Source: Propionibacterium freudenreichii subsp. freudenreichii
GTDB lineage: Bacteria; Actinomycetota; Actinomycetes; Propionibacteriales; Propionibacteriaceae
Length of the DNA: 32,000 bases
NCBI RefSeq assembly: GCF_000940845.1
Contig: NZ_CP010341.1
Coordinates: 2,490,001-2,522,000 of the forward strand
Reading direction: 5' to 3'
In this document: positions 8,450 to 16,880 of the stretch, in pieces
Layout of the letters: each line of letters opens with the position of its first letter
Numbering within the stretch: position 1 is the first letter of the stretch
Notes under the pieces: model-generated
Told to the model about the DNA's origin: nothing
The model's input: the letters and a program-made list of their open reading frames with translations, nothing else
The model's database searches: none
Translations under genes and position numbers: made by a program

Positions 8450-9748
8450 ATGGCGTCCAGCAACCAAGCCGGGGGCGCAATGCAGCGCGCGGTGCGTAGG
8501 GACTATCTGTTCTGGCTGACGGCCACCACATCAGACATGCTGTCGCGCGCGGTGTGGAGCCTGGCGCTGCCCTTCGTGATCTTCGCCCTCACCAGCTCCA
8601 CCGCCACGGCGGGGCTCGTGCAATCGCTGGGTCAGATCGCCTATCTGTGCGTCATGTTGCTGGGCGGGGCGCTCGTCGACCGGATCAGTCGTCGCACCGG
8701 CATGGTCGTCCGCGGACTCACCGGGATGGTGCTGTGGATCGGGTTCGGCGTCCTGGTGTGGACGCATCTGCTCAACCTGTGGATTCTCATCGCCATCTTC
8801 CTGACCGCGCAGCTGCTCGATGGACTGTTCGGGATGGCGGACAATGCAGCCCTGCGCTCCATCGTGCACGACGATGAGCAGTTCGTGCAGGTCACGGGCA
8901 TCAACCAGGGACGCGAGGCCGCCGTGCGCATCGGCGGCGCTCCTATCGGCGGTCTGCTCTATGCCCTGGGCGCTGCGGTGCCCTTCCTGGTCTCGGGCGC
9001 CTTGCTGGGTCTGGTGATCGCCTCGGCGAAGGCCATCCGCGCTGACCTGCGGCCACCGGTCGTCGCCGAGAATCGGCCCGAGCAGCGGCGCGGGATTGTG
9101 CGCTCGGTGGCGCGGTCGGTGGCGCAGGGGATCTCGTTCATGTGGTCGCAGCGGATCATGCGGACGCTGGCGATCACCTCCCTGTTCATCAACGCGGCCT
9201 TCTCCATCGTGATCTCCACCGCGATGCTCGGGCTGCTGGGCGCGGGCTACACAGCGCTACAGCTGGCCTATCTGGAGACTGTCTACGGCGTGGTGATGAT
9301 GCTCACCGCGTTCGTGGCGGCCCGGCTCGTCTCCCGGCTGCCGACCGGTCGGCTCCTCATCGGCGCGCAGCTGTTCATGATGGTCGTAGCCGTTGGCGCG
9401 GCGTTCTGGCACAGCTATGCGATGTTGTTCCTGTGGCTGTCGCTGTACGGACTGGTCACCCCACTGTTCGCGACAAGCCTGTCGGGATACACCTTTGCCC
9501 GCACTCCCGATCATCTCCAGGGACGCGTGCGCTCGGTGGCGGCCCTGCTCGAGCTGAGCGCCACCATGGTGATCCCAGCAGTGGCTGGATGGATGGTGAA
9601 CAGCGGCCACAACACCCCGTCATATCTGCTGGGCGCCGTCCTGGCCCTGGTGGGCATCATCGTGGTCTGCGTCAACCCCGGGGCGCGGAGGCTCGGCCCC
9701 ACCCGCATGTGGCGTGAGGACGCCACCGAGAACTCATTGAGCACCTAG
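8450..9748 (+). CDS. MFS transporter
   Basis: About 12 predicted hydrophobic helices. MFS loop motif LLGGALVDRISRR between TM2 and TM3. Start ambiguous (TTG 8447, ATG 8450 or ATG 8480). Confidence 0.8.
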   Translation: MASSNQAGGAMQRAVRRDYLFWLTATTSDMLSRAVWSLALPFVIFALTSSTATAGLVQSLGQIAYLCVMLLGGALVDRISRRTGMVVRGLTGMVLWIGFGVLVWTHLLNLWILIAIFLTAQLLDGLFGMADNAALRSIVHDDEQFVQVTGINQGREAAVRIGGAPIGGLLYALGAAVPFLVSGALLGLVIASAKAIRADLRPPVVAENRPEQRRGIVRSVARSVAQGISFMWSQRIMRTLAITSLFINAAFSIVISTAMLGLLGAGYTALQLAYLETVYGVVMMLTAFVAARLVSRLPTGRLLIGAQLFMMVVAVGAAFWHSYAMLFLWLSLYGLVTPLFATSLSGYTFARTPDHLQGRVRSVAALLELSATMVIPAVAGWMVNSGHNTPSYLLGAVLALVGIIVVCVNPGARRLGPTRMWREDATENSLST

Positions 9749-9814
9749 CCCTGGGTCGTCGCACGCACTTACAGGGCGCGAATCCGGGGTTCTTCATTTC
9801 CTCGCCCCATCGAC

Positions 9815-11374
9815 CTAACGCTCCCATAAGAAGATGGTGTTGCCCTGCGCAGGACCACGCTTCGAGTAACCCACGTGATAGCCAAGGGCCGCCAGCTGCT
9901 CCCCATACAGCGATCCCCCCTGATTCCACGCGCCCACCCAAATCCGGTTCGGCAGATTCGGCAGCGTGGCCAGATCCACGGCTGGGGGATCATGCGCCCA
10001 CGGATAATCCAGCGGAAGCCGTTCCGGGGCAGCGAGGTCGGCCATGCCCTTATAGGCACCTGGATCAGTCACGATTGCTGCCCGATAAGAGCCAATCAAG
10101 CCATCCAATGGATCGACCAGATAACCGTCTCCAGCACGGCCATGCTGCCTCACAACACTCGGCATGAGCCCATAATCATCGATGGGCGATTTGGAGAAAG
10201 GACGCTGTTGGAAGCCGTAGAGGACCAGGGCTCCGACGGCCAGCAGCACCACGAGCACTTTCGCAGCGCGCCATCGAGCCAACAGCACCGCCTCAGCGAG
10301 GACCATGGCGAAGAAGGGTGCAGCCGAAGAAAGATAACGGGATGCGAAGACGGGCATTGACGTAAGCGCAAGTATCCACATGGTGCCCACCGAGAGCACC
10401 AACGGAATGGATGCAATCCCCAAGCGTGCCAGTCCTCGTCCCCGCGATGCGACGATCACCAGCACGATGAGCAGCCCGGCGATGACTGCCATGGCAAGGG
10501 CAACGCGGCCAGGCGTCAGATCAGTGACGGTAGGCGCGGCATTCACTCTGGACGTCGCCCATGACTCCACCAAGAAGCGGTTGGCGAGTGAGAACTTCTG
10601 GTCAGCCAACCACGATGACTGGCCGATCTGTTGATAGGACAGCCACAAGAACGGGGACAAGATCGCTGCTGAGAAAGCGGCTGCAATGGTCACAAGCCAT
10701 CGCGCCCGACCTTTCAGGAAGAACCACGAGGCCACGACAAGCCCGGCGATTGGGAACGCTGCATAAAGCTGCATCGCCACCGCACCCACCATCGACATCA
10801 CCAACAGCAGCCAACCCCACCAGGCCAGCTTGCGCCTGGCCATCACAACGAAGAGCAGCGCCGCAGCCATGAACATTGATGAGAGGGCATAAGGCCGAGC
10901 CTCAATGGCCATAGCCGTCGTGCGTGGCAGCAGACCGTAACACGTCGCATAGGCAAGTTGCCCGCGACGTCCCACGAGACGACGCCCTACCGCAGCCATG
11001 ACGGCGGTGCCCACTCCGGCGGCAATCACGCTCGGCAACCTCAACGTCAACGGTGAGATCCCGACCAGACGCACCCACTGATGCACCACGAGGTAATAGG
11101 GCGCTAGAGCCACATCGACACCTTTGAACCACCACCGCGAGGCGGTCCACAATTGCGTCATATCCCATGTGGGATAGCTCACGATATTGGCCGTGGCCGC
11201 CTCGTCGAGCCATGGGGACACATGCGCCGCGCCAACGAGTGTGAGGACGACAACAACCAGGGCCAGGACGATGTCACCCCTGACGTTCAGGGGGACGACG
11301 CGACGCCAGCCCCGGCCTCGCTGCGTAGAGCCTGCTTCAGCCATCAAGACCTTCCCCGATCCTGGCCGCGTCAA
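9815..11374 (-). CDS. Polytopic membrane glycosyltransferase, GT-C fold (GT39/ArnT/PMT-like mannosyltransferase-type)
   Basis: 519 aa. Many TM helices in the N-terminal two-thirds and a soluble C-terminal domain. An acidic motif (PWLDEAA) follows TM1, as in GT-C enzymes. Family assignment is from architecture only. The start may be the ATG at 11344. Confidence 0.55.
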   Translation of the reverse strand: MTRPGSGKVLMAEAGSTQRGRGWRRVVPLNVRGDIVLALVVVVLTLVGAAHVSPWLDEAATANIVSYPTWDMTQLWTASRWWFKGVDVALAPYYLVVHQWVRLVGISPLTLRLPSVIAAGVGTAVMAAVGRRLVGRRGQLAYATCYGLLPRTTAMAIEARPYALSSMFMAAALLFVVMARRKLAWWGWLLLVMSMVGAVAMQLYAAFPIAGLVVASWFFLKGRARWLVTIAAAFSAAILSPFLWLSYQQIGQSSWLADQKFSLANRFLVESWATSRVNAAPTVTDLTPGRVALAMAVIAGLLIVLVIVASRGRGLARLGIASIPLVLSVGTMWILALTSMPVFASRYLSSAAPFFAMVLAEAVLLARWRAAKVLVVLLAVGALVLYGFQQRPFSKSPIDDYGLMPSVVRQHGRAGDGYLVDPLDGLIGSYRAAIVTDPGAYKGMADLAAPERLPLDYPWAHDPPAVDLATLPNLPNRIWVGAWNQGGSLYGEQLAALGYHVGYSKRGPAQGNTIFLWER

Positions 11375-11559
11375 ATGATGGTCAAAGGGACACCGTGAAT
11401 CGGACTACTCAGCCCAGAACCAGGCCACCACACCACCGAATGAGTGCCCGACCGCCCTTATCTCCGGCACGGACGGCCATGTGGCCATGACGGAGCCCTC
11501 ACAGGATAGCCGCGAGCGCCTCTACTCTCGAGTCATGGCAGTGCTGTTCATCACGATTG

Positions 11560-12387
11560 CTATTCGGGCAGCCCCACCATGGCAGCGCTCATTCTCCACA
11601 ATTGTGTCGCAAGGCGCGGGTTGCGTGCCTTGCGTGACGGGCGCACTGGTTCTGAATCGTTGTAGTACAGGCCGCTGATCCAATCGCGCGGCGGACGCCC
11701 CCGGGCAAGGAAGACCAATGTCTTGGCGGCATGCTCCGGGCTCACCATCATGCTCCGACCAACTCGCGACCGGTAGAAGACCCCTACCGGTCCCGGGAGA
11801 TCAAGCGCGAAACTGCTGGCCACAATGCCGGGATGGAAGCATGCCGATGAGATTCCCTTGAGGGAATAGCGCTTGTGCAGCTCCCGGGTGAACAGAATGT
11901 TCATGAGCTTTGAATTGGCATAGGCACGCCAAGGCGACCATCCCCGGGCGAGCTCCGGGTCACGCATGGTGAGACGTGCCGTCCGGTGGGCGACGCTTGA
12001 CGTGGTGATCACCGAGGCCCTGGACCGCTCCAGCATGTCCACCAACAGGTTTGTGAGCAGAAAGGGGGCCAGATGATTCACTTGAAGGGTCATCTCGTGG
12101 CCATCGAGACTTAGTTCCCGGGACGGCATGACGCCTCCGGCATTATTGGCGAGCACATCAATGTGGTCGAGATTATTTCGCAGGTCTTCAGCAAGACGAC
12201 GAACATCATCGAGATCTGAGTAATCACAAATAAAATGTTGTGCTTTGATCTCGTTGGCGACCTGCTGGGTCCGGCGAGGATTGCGCCCCACGACCACGAC
12301 GTCATCGCCCTGTCGGGCCAGTTCACGGGCGGCGGCGGCGCCCACCCCGCCACTCGCACCGGTGACCACCACCACGCGTCCGCTCAT
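11560..12387 (-). CDS. Short-chain dehydrogenase/reductase (classical SDR, retinol-dehydrogenase-like)
   Basis: VVVVTGASGGVGAAAAREL cofactor motif, NNAG, and catalytic YANSK. Start placed at the ATG at 12387 (MSGRVVVV). Confidence 0.85.
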   Translation of the reverse strand: MSGRVVVVTGASGGVGAAAARELARQGDDVVVVGRNPRRTQQVANEIKAQHFICDYSDLDDVRRLAEDLRNNLDHIDVLANNAGGVMPSRELSLDGHEMTLQVNHLAPFLLTNLLVDMLERSRASVITTSSVAHRTARLTMRDPELARGWSPWRAYANSKLMNILFTRELHKRYSLKGISSACFHPGIVASSFALDLPGPVGVFYRSRVGRSMMVSPEHAAKTLVFLARGRPPRDWISGLYYNDSEPVRPSRKARNPRLATQLWRMSAAMVGLPE

Positions 12388-12390
12388 GAG

Positions 12391-12467
12391 CCACAGACTA
12401 CTTGGGCAAGCTTGACGGCGGGCCGGCGACGCTGTGGATGCGCAGTGCAAGGGCTATTAGTCTGTGG
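12391..12467. repeat. 10-bp perfect inverted repeat CCACAGACTA ... TAGTCTGTGG separated by 57 bp
   Basis: Arms at 12391-12400 and 12458-12467, read directly. The left arm begins 4 nt upstream of the SDR start codon. Confidence 0.8.
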
Positions 12468-12518
12468 TCGCGTCGGGGCTGTGTCTGTACCCATACCGGG
12501 GACTGTCCCGGCAAGATC

Positions 12519-12554
12519 GGTCCGGCAGGTCCGGCAGGTCCGGCAGGTCCGGCA
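12519..12554. repeat. Perfect tandem repeat (GGTCCGGCA) x4
   Basis: Four contiguous identical 9-bp units, counted directly, in an intergenic region. Confidence 0.95.
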
Positions 12555-12776
12555 GGTGACGGTCTCATGCGACACGATTCAGCGTGGCAGGGTTCGACGC
12601 CGGATGCCTCGACACAGCCCGGTTCAGTACGCCATGGTTCCGCACGGCACGATTCAGCGCGGTGAGGCCGACGCGGCAGACGATTATGGGCCCACCGGGC
12701 ATTCCGGGATCATGGCCGAAGAAGGCACCATGACGCGCAGCGCTTGTGCGGTGCACATCAATTGAGGAGCATCCAG

Positions 12777-13178
12777 ATGGACAAAGGCGTGATCCTGGCG
12801 ATCGCCTGCCTGGTCGGCACTGTCGCGATCTGGGCGGTGGGACTGTTCTCCGTCATCGCCCGGGCACCCCTGACACGCCCAACCGGGAATGCCCACCCCG
12901 AAGAACCAGAGGCCAACCAGCCCACCGACGCGTCAGCGGCGGTCAACGCCGCCTGGCGGCGCACCGGGACACGCCATCTGCGCGTCTGGGGCCTCACGCT
13001 CATCCCAGTCGGCGTGATCGCCATCCTCTTCGTCACCCGGGCACCGGGAATCGTCGCGGGCGTCGAGGGCCTGCTCGCTTTCGCGAGCTTCGCCTGGCTT
13101 GTCGTCGCCCTACGCGACGGGGCTGACGCTGTTGCTCGGCAGAGAACCGACGACGAAGGGCCCGGCGCCCCACACTGA
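12777..13178 (+). CDS. Hypothetical small membrane protein (about 3 TM segments)
   Basis: ATG at 12777 preceded by GAGGAG. Hydrophobic segments VILAIACLVGTVAIWAVGLFSVI, VWGLTLIPVGVIAILFV and GLLAFASFAWLVVAL. No family recognised. Confidence 0.45.
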   Translation: MDKGVILAIACLVGTVAIWAVGLFSVIARAPLTRPTGNAHPEEPEANQPTDASAAVNAAWRRTGTRHLRVWGLTLIPVGVIAILFVTRAPGIVAGVEGLLAFASFAWLVVALRDGADAVARQRTDDEGPGAPH

Positions 13179-13410
13179 GGTCCAGCAAGGAAGACCGTGT
13201 GGAACGACCCTTACGACGACCGGCGAGGAATCAGCCATATTCAAGGCGTCGGACCACACCGGCCGAGTGCGCGAGTCGCCACCGACGGACGTCAGGGCAT
13301 CCGCCCGCATCAGTTTCCGGTTCACACACGAACCCGATCACGGGACCGGCGCCGCTGCATGGTCGTCTGCCACGAGGGCCGTCCCGACAGAGCCGCATCG
13401 CCTCCGTGGC

Positions 13411-13458
13411 TTCTGGTATCACGCCATCTTCTGGTGTGACGCTGACTTCTGGTGTGAC
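13411..13458 (+). promoter_or_regulatory. Three direct 12-mers TTCTGGT(A/G)T(C/G)AC; candidate operator/iteron upstream of the ABC operon
   Basis: Copies at 13411-13422, 13428-13439 and 13447-13458. The last two are identical. They lie 48-95 nt upstream of the ATG at 13506. Confidence 0.35.
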
Positions 13459-13505
13459 TCTGGGCTGCTCGCCACGATGTCTGCTCCCACTATTAGTGTC
13501 GAGGC

Positions 13506-14396
13506 ATGACCGACCCCACCCGAACCCGCGACGGGGGCTCGCCCGCCATTGAGTTCCGCGGCGCCACCTTGGCCTTTGCCGACGGCACCGTGGCGGTTGA
13601 CGGGCTCAACCTCACCGCGGCGGCCGGTGCCCTGACCGTGTTGCTCGGGCTATCGGGCTCTGGCAAGACCACCCTGCTGCGCATGGTGAACCGGCTGGTC
13701 ACCCCCACATCAGGCTCGGTGCTCATCGACGGCGACGACGTGGCCAACACCGACCCGGTCCAGCTGCGTCGCCATATCGGCTATGTGATGCAGGACCCCG
13801 GGCTCTTGCCCCATCGTCGGGTCATTGACAACATCGCCACGGTGCCGCGGCTGCTGGGCCGCTCACGCGAGGCCGCGCGCGCCGAAGCCCTCCACCAGAT
13901 GGACACGGTGGGCCTCGATCGGGATCTGGCCCACCGTTATCCCCGCCAGCTGTCGGGCGGGCAACGTCAACGTGTTGGGGTGGCACGCGCACTGGCCGCG
14001 AATCCCCGCGTGCTGCTCATGGACGAGCCCTTCGGGGCCGTGGACCCGATCGTGCGGGCCGAGCTCCAACATGATCTGCTCGAATTGCAGCGCACTCTCG
14101 GCAAGACCGTGCTCTTCGTCACGCATGATGTCAGCGAGGCCTTCAAACTGGGCGACCACATCGTGCTGCTCGACACCGGCGCGCGCATCGTGCAACAGGG
14201 GCGTCCGAGCGATTTCATCACCAGACCCGCCGACGAGTTCGTCTCACGTTTCATCGGATTGGGAAGCGGCGCCGCCACCCTCCACACCGAATACGTGGAT
14301 GGTCACACGCTGGTGCTCAACAGCTCGGAGCAACCGGTGGGACTGCTCGGTGACCAGAGTGAAGACCGGAACAGCGCTGAGGGGTCCACCCCGTGA
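13506..14396 (+). CDS. ABC transporter ATP-binding protein, osmoprotectant/quaternary-amine (OpuC/OpuB/ProV-like) type
   Basis: Walker A GLSGSGKTT, signature LSGGQRQRV, Walker B LLMDEPFGAVD. Only 296 aa, so there is no room for the tandem CBS domains of OpuCA/ProV-type ATPases. Confidence 0.85.
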   Translation: MTDPTRTRDGGSPAIEFRGATLAFADGTVAVDGLNLTAAAGALTVLLGLSGSGKTTLLRMVNRLVTPTSGSVLIDGDDVANTDPVQLRRHIGYVMQDPGLLPHRRVIDNIATVPRLLGRSREAARAEALHQMDTVGLDRDLAHRYPRQLSGGQRQRVGVARALAANPRVLLMDEPFGAVDPIVRAELQHDLLELQRTLGKTVLFVTHDVSEAFKLGDHIVLLDTGARIVQQGRPSDFITRPADEFVSRFIGLGSGAATLHTEYVDGHTLVLNSSEQPVGLLGDQSEDRNSAEGSTP

Positions 14397-15040
14397 GATG
14401 GCTTTCCGGCAACTGGACGACCATCGGCGCCGCAGTCATTGATCACCTGCTGCTGGCGCTCCCTGCAATCATCGCCGCGTTGGTGATCGCCATCCCGGTG
14501 GCCTGGTTGGCGCATCACTTCCGGTGGACGCGTTTCACCCTGGTCACCCTCGGGTCACTGCTTTATGCGATCCCCTCGCTGCCGCTGCTGGTTGTCCTAC
14601 CCCTGATCATCGGAACGAATGTGCGGGATCGCCTCAATGTGATCGTCGCGCTATCGGTCTATGGATTCGCGCTGATGATCCGCGCCGCCACTGACGCCCT
14701 CGACGCGGTGCCGGTGAGCGCGACCACGGCGTCCACGGCCATGGGCTTCGGCTGGGCGCGCCGCTTCTTCACCGTGGAGCTGCCCCTGTCAGGACCCGGG
14801 CTGCTGGCTGGGCTGCGAGTGGTGTCGATGAGCACTATTGCGCTGGTCTCGGTGAGCGGCATCGTCGGGGTCAACTCCTTGGGCATGCTCTTCGTCGACG
14901 GCTTCCAGCGGGGGATTCTCGCTGAAGTAGTCGCGGGGATCGTAGCCACTGTGGCGGTGGCCCTGGCGGTCGACTTCGTGCTGGTGATCGCGGGACGGCT
15001 GCTCATGCCCTGGGCGCGCGGCGAAGAGGTCCGATCATGA
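14393..15040 (+). CDS. ABC transporter permease (OpuCB-like, BPD_transp_1)
   Basis: 215 aa, 5-6 TM helices. 4-nt overlap with the ATPase stop. Confidence 0.85.
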   Translation: MRWLSGNWTTIGAAVIDHLLLALPAIIAALVIAIPVAWLAHHFRWTRFTLVTLGSLLYAIPSLPLLVVLPLIIGTNVRDRLNVIVALSVYGFALMIRAATDALDAVPVSATTASTAMGFGWARRFFTVELPLSGPGLLAGLRVVSMSTIALVSVSGIVGVNSLGMLFVDGFQRGILAEVVAGIVATVAVALAVDFVLVIAGRLLMPWARGEEVRS

Positions 15041-15717
15041 ACTGGATCTCCCAGGCCATCGCCTGGCTCACCGACCCGGTGCATCTGGCTGGACCAACCG
15101 GTCTGTGGGCCTTGGTGGGTCAGCATCTGGCCATCACCGGCTGGGCGACCCTCATCGCCGTGGTGATCGGCGTCCCAGCGGGTCTGGTGATCGGGCATAC
15201 CGGACGCGGACGCCAGCTGGTCGTGGGCCTGTCGGGTGCCGCGCGGGCCCTGCCCGCCATCGGCCTGCTCACCATGGTCGCCCTGATCGCCGGCATCGGG
15301 CTGATCGGGCCGCTCGTCGCGCTGGTTGTGTTGGCGATGCCGTCGGTGATCGCGGGAGCCTATTCGGGGATCGACTCCATTGAACCGGTCACCCGCGACG
15401 CGGCCCGGGGCGTGGGCATGTCACCCATGCAGGTGCTGTGGCAGGTGGAACTCCCGCTGGCGCTTCCCCAGCTGGTGGGCGGCATTCGTGCCGCCGCGCT
15501 GCAGGTGATCGCCACCGCCACGCTCGCCGCCTATGTGGGAGCCGGAGGGCTCGGCGTACTGCTGTTCCGCGGGTTGAAGACCCAGGACTATCCCCAGATG
15601 CTTGCCGGATCGATCGTGGTGGTGGCTCTGGCCTTCCTGGTTGACGCCGTCTTCGAGGTGCTCGGACGGCTGATCTCCCGGTGCACCGGCGTCGTCAACC
15701 TGGCGACATCACGCTGA
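15037..15717 (+). CDS. ABC transporter permease (OpuCD-like)
   Basis: 226 aa, paralogous to the preceding permease, with a 4-nt overlap. Confidence 0.85.
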   Translation: MNWISQAIAWLTDPVHLAGPTGLWALVGQHLAITGWATLIAVVIGVPAGLVIGHTGRGRQLVVGLSGAARALPAIGLLTMVALIAGIGLIGPLVALVVLAMPSVIAGAYSGIDSIEPVTRDAARGVGMSPMQVLWQVELPLALPQLVGGIRAAALQVIATATLAAYVGAGGLGVLLFRGLKTQDYPQMLAGSIVVVALAFLVDAVFEVLGRLISRCTGVVNLATSR

Positions 15718-15791
15718 GAGCTGTGCCACCGGGCGATGTCCGCCCAGTTGCTGACGTCATCTCGACATCTGCAAATTGGACGGCCCCACGC

Positions 15792-16811
15792 TCACTCCTC
15801 GTTGTAAAGCACTGCGCGGGAGGCGAGCTTTCCTTCGGCCAGGAGCTGCAGGGCCTTGTCTGCCTGATCCATCGGGAAACGCTGCGTGATCGTGTGCACC
15901 TTCCCCGCTGCGGCCAATTCCAGCACCCGCTCCATGCCAGCATGATTGGCCAGAATGGTGCCCTTGATGATCTGCCCCTTGTTGAAGGGGAACTCCTTGA
16001 AGTGCAGGGGCACCGCATTCACCAGGGTGCCGCCCCACTTGAGGGCCTCGAAGGCCTGTGCCGTCACCACATCGGAATCGGCGAAGGTGATCACGGCGTC
16101 CATCGCATCGGTCAGCGAGGCGAGTTCATCGGAATCTGTGGAATTGACCGCTCGCGTGGCGCCCACTTCCAGCGCCACCTTGAGATGCTCAGGAGTCCGT
16201 CCCACGGCGACAACCTCGGCACCGGTGAGGGCGGCGAACTGAATGGCCATATGGCCCACGCCGCCGGGCCCGAAGATCGCCACCGTGTCACCGGGGCCGA
16301 CGTCGAGCTTCTCGACGGCGCCGAAGGCGGTGATTCCGGGGCAGAACAGCGGTGCGGCGTCGATGAGGTCGAGCCCCTCGGGGATGCGATAGGCATAATC
16401 GGCGGTGGCCACCATGTACTCGGCATAACCGCCATTGACGGTCTCTCCGGTGATCTCCCGGTGGTGACACAGCATCTCGCGACCGCTGGTGCAGAACTCG
16501 CAGACGCCGCAGGTCTTCCATAGGGGCGTGACGCCCACAGGGTCGCCCACGGCGAAGTTCGTGACCCCCTCGCCCAGCTCGACGACACGTCCAGTCACTT
16601 CGTGGCCCGGCACGATCGGGCTGATGGAGGGCACATCCGGCAGCCAGTCGCCCTCGATCATGTGCAGATTCGACCGGCAGACGCCACAGGCGACAACCTT
16701 CATGAGAATCTGCCCAGGGCCAGCCGAGGGCTTGGCGGTCTCGCGCCAGTTCACGGGATGAGTGGTGATGGGGGCGGTGTGATCCAGTTCATTGGCGAAC
16801 ATTGTGGTCAT
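15792..16811 (-). CDS. Zinc-dependent alcohol dehydrogenase (MDR family)
   Basis: GHEVTGRVVELG catalytic zinc motif, structural zinc cysteines CGVCEFCTSGREMLC, and NAD motif IFGPGGVGHMA. Confidence 0.9.
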   Translation of the reverse strand: MTTMFANELDHTAPITTHPVNWRETAKPSAGPGQILMKVVACGVCRSNLHMIEGDWLPDVPSISPIVPGHEVTGRVVELGEGVTNFAVGDPVGVTPLWKTCGVCEFCTSGREMLCHHREITGETVNGGYAEYMVATADYAYRIPEGLDLIDAAPLFCPGITAFGAVEKLDVGPGDTVAIFGPGGVGHMAIQFAALTGAEVVAVGRTPEHLKVALEVGATRAVNSTDSDELASLTDAMDAVITFADSDVVTAQAFEALKWGGTLVNAVPLHFKEFPFNKGQIIKGTILANHAGMERVLELAAAGKVHTITQRFPMDQADKALQLLAEGKLASRAVLYNEE

Positions 16812-16880
16812 GCTGCGAGCCTATCCGGGCGCTCTGACATCGCTCCGAGCCCGCCAGGGGAGCCCGGCACACCAGCTCCC

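Noticed and set aside
8305-12554. Tandem repeats at 8305-8336 and 12519-12554, considered as CRISPR-like arrays.
   Set aside because: The units are 8-9 bp, contiguous and without spacers, and no cas genes are present. These are simple microsatellite/VNTR-type repeats.
12402-12665. An ORF encoding GPAGPAGPAGPAG (collagen-like), and the alternative frame encoding VRQVRQVRQVRQ.
   Set aside because: Both arise from the 9-bp tandem repeat, which is open in every frame. The flanks have no signal peptide, no ribosome-binding site and no coding-like composition.
13179-13505. Possible c-di-AMP (ydaO-type) riboswitch in the 327-nt leader of the osmoprotectant-type ABC operon. It has GAGGAAUC, CACGGGACC and CCCGACAG strings.
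   Set aside because: Only short fragments resemble the remembered consensus. The second AAUC element and the highly conserved CAGCUAACC segment are missing, and the order and spacing do not fit the pseudo-twofold architecture. An Infernal scan with the ydaO-yuaA model would settle it. I expect no hit.
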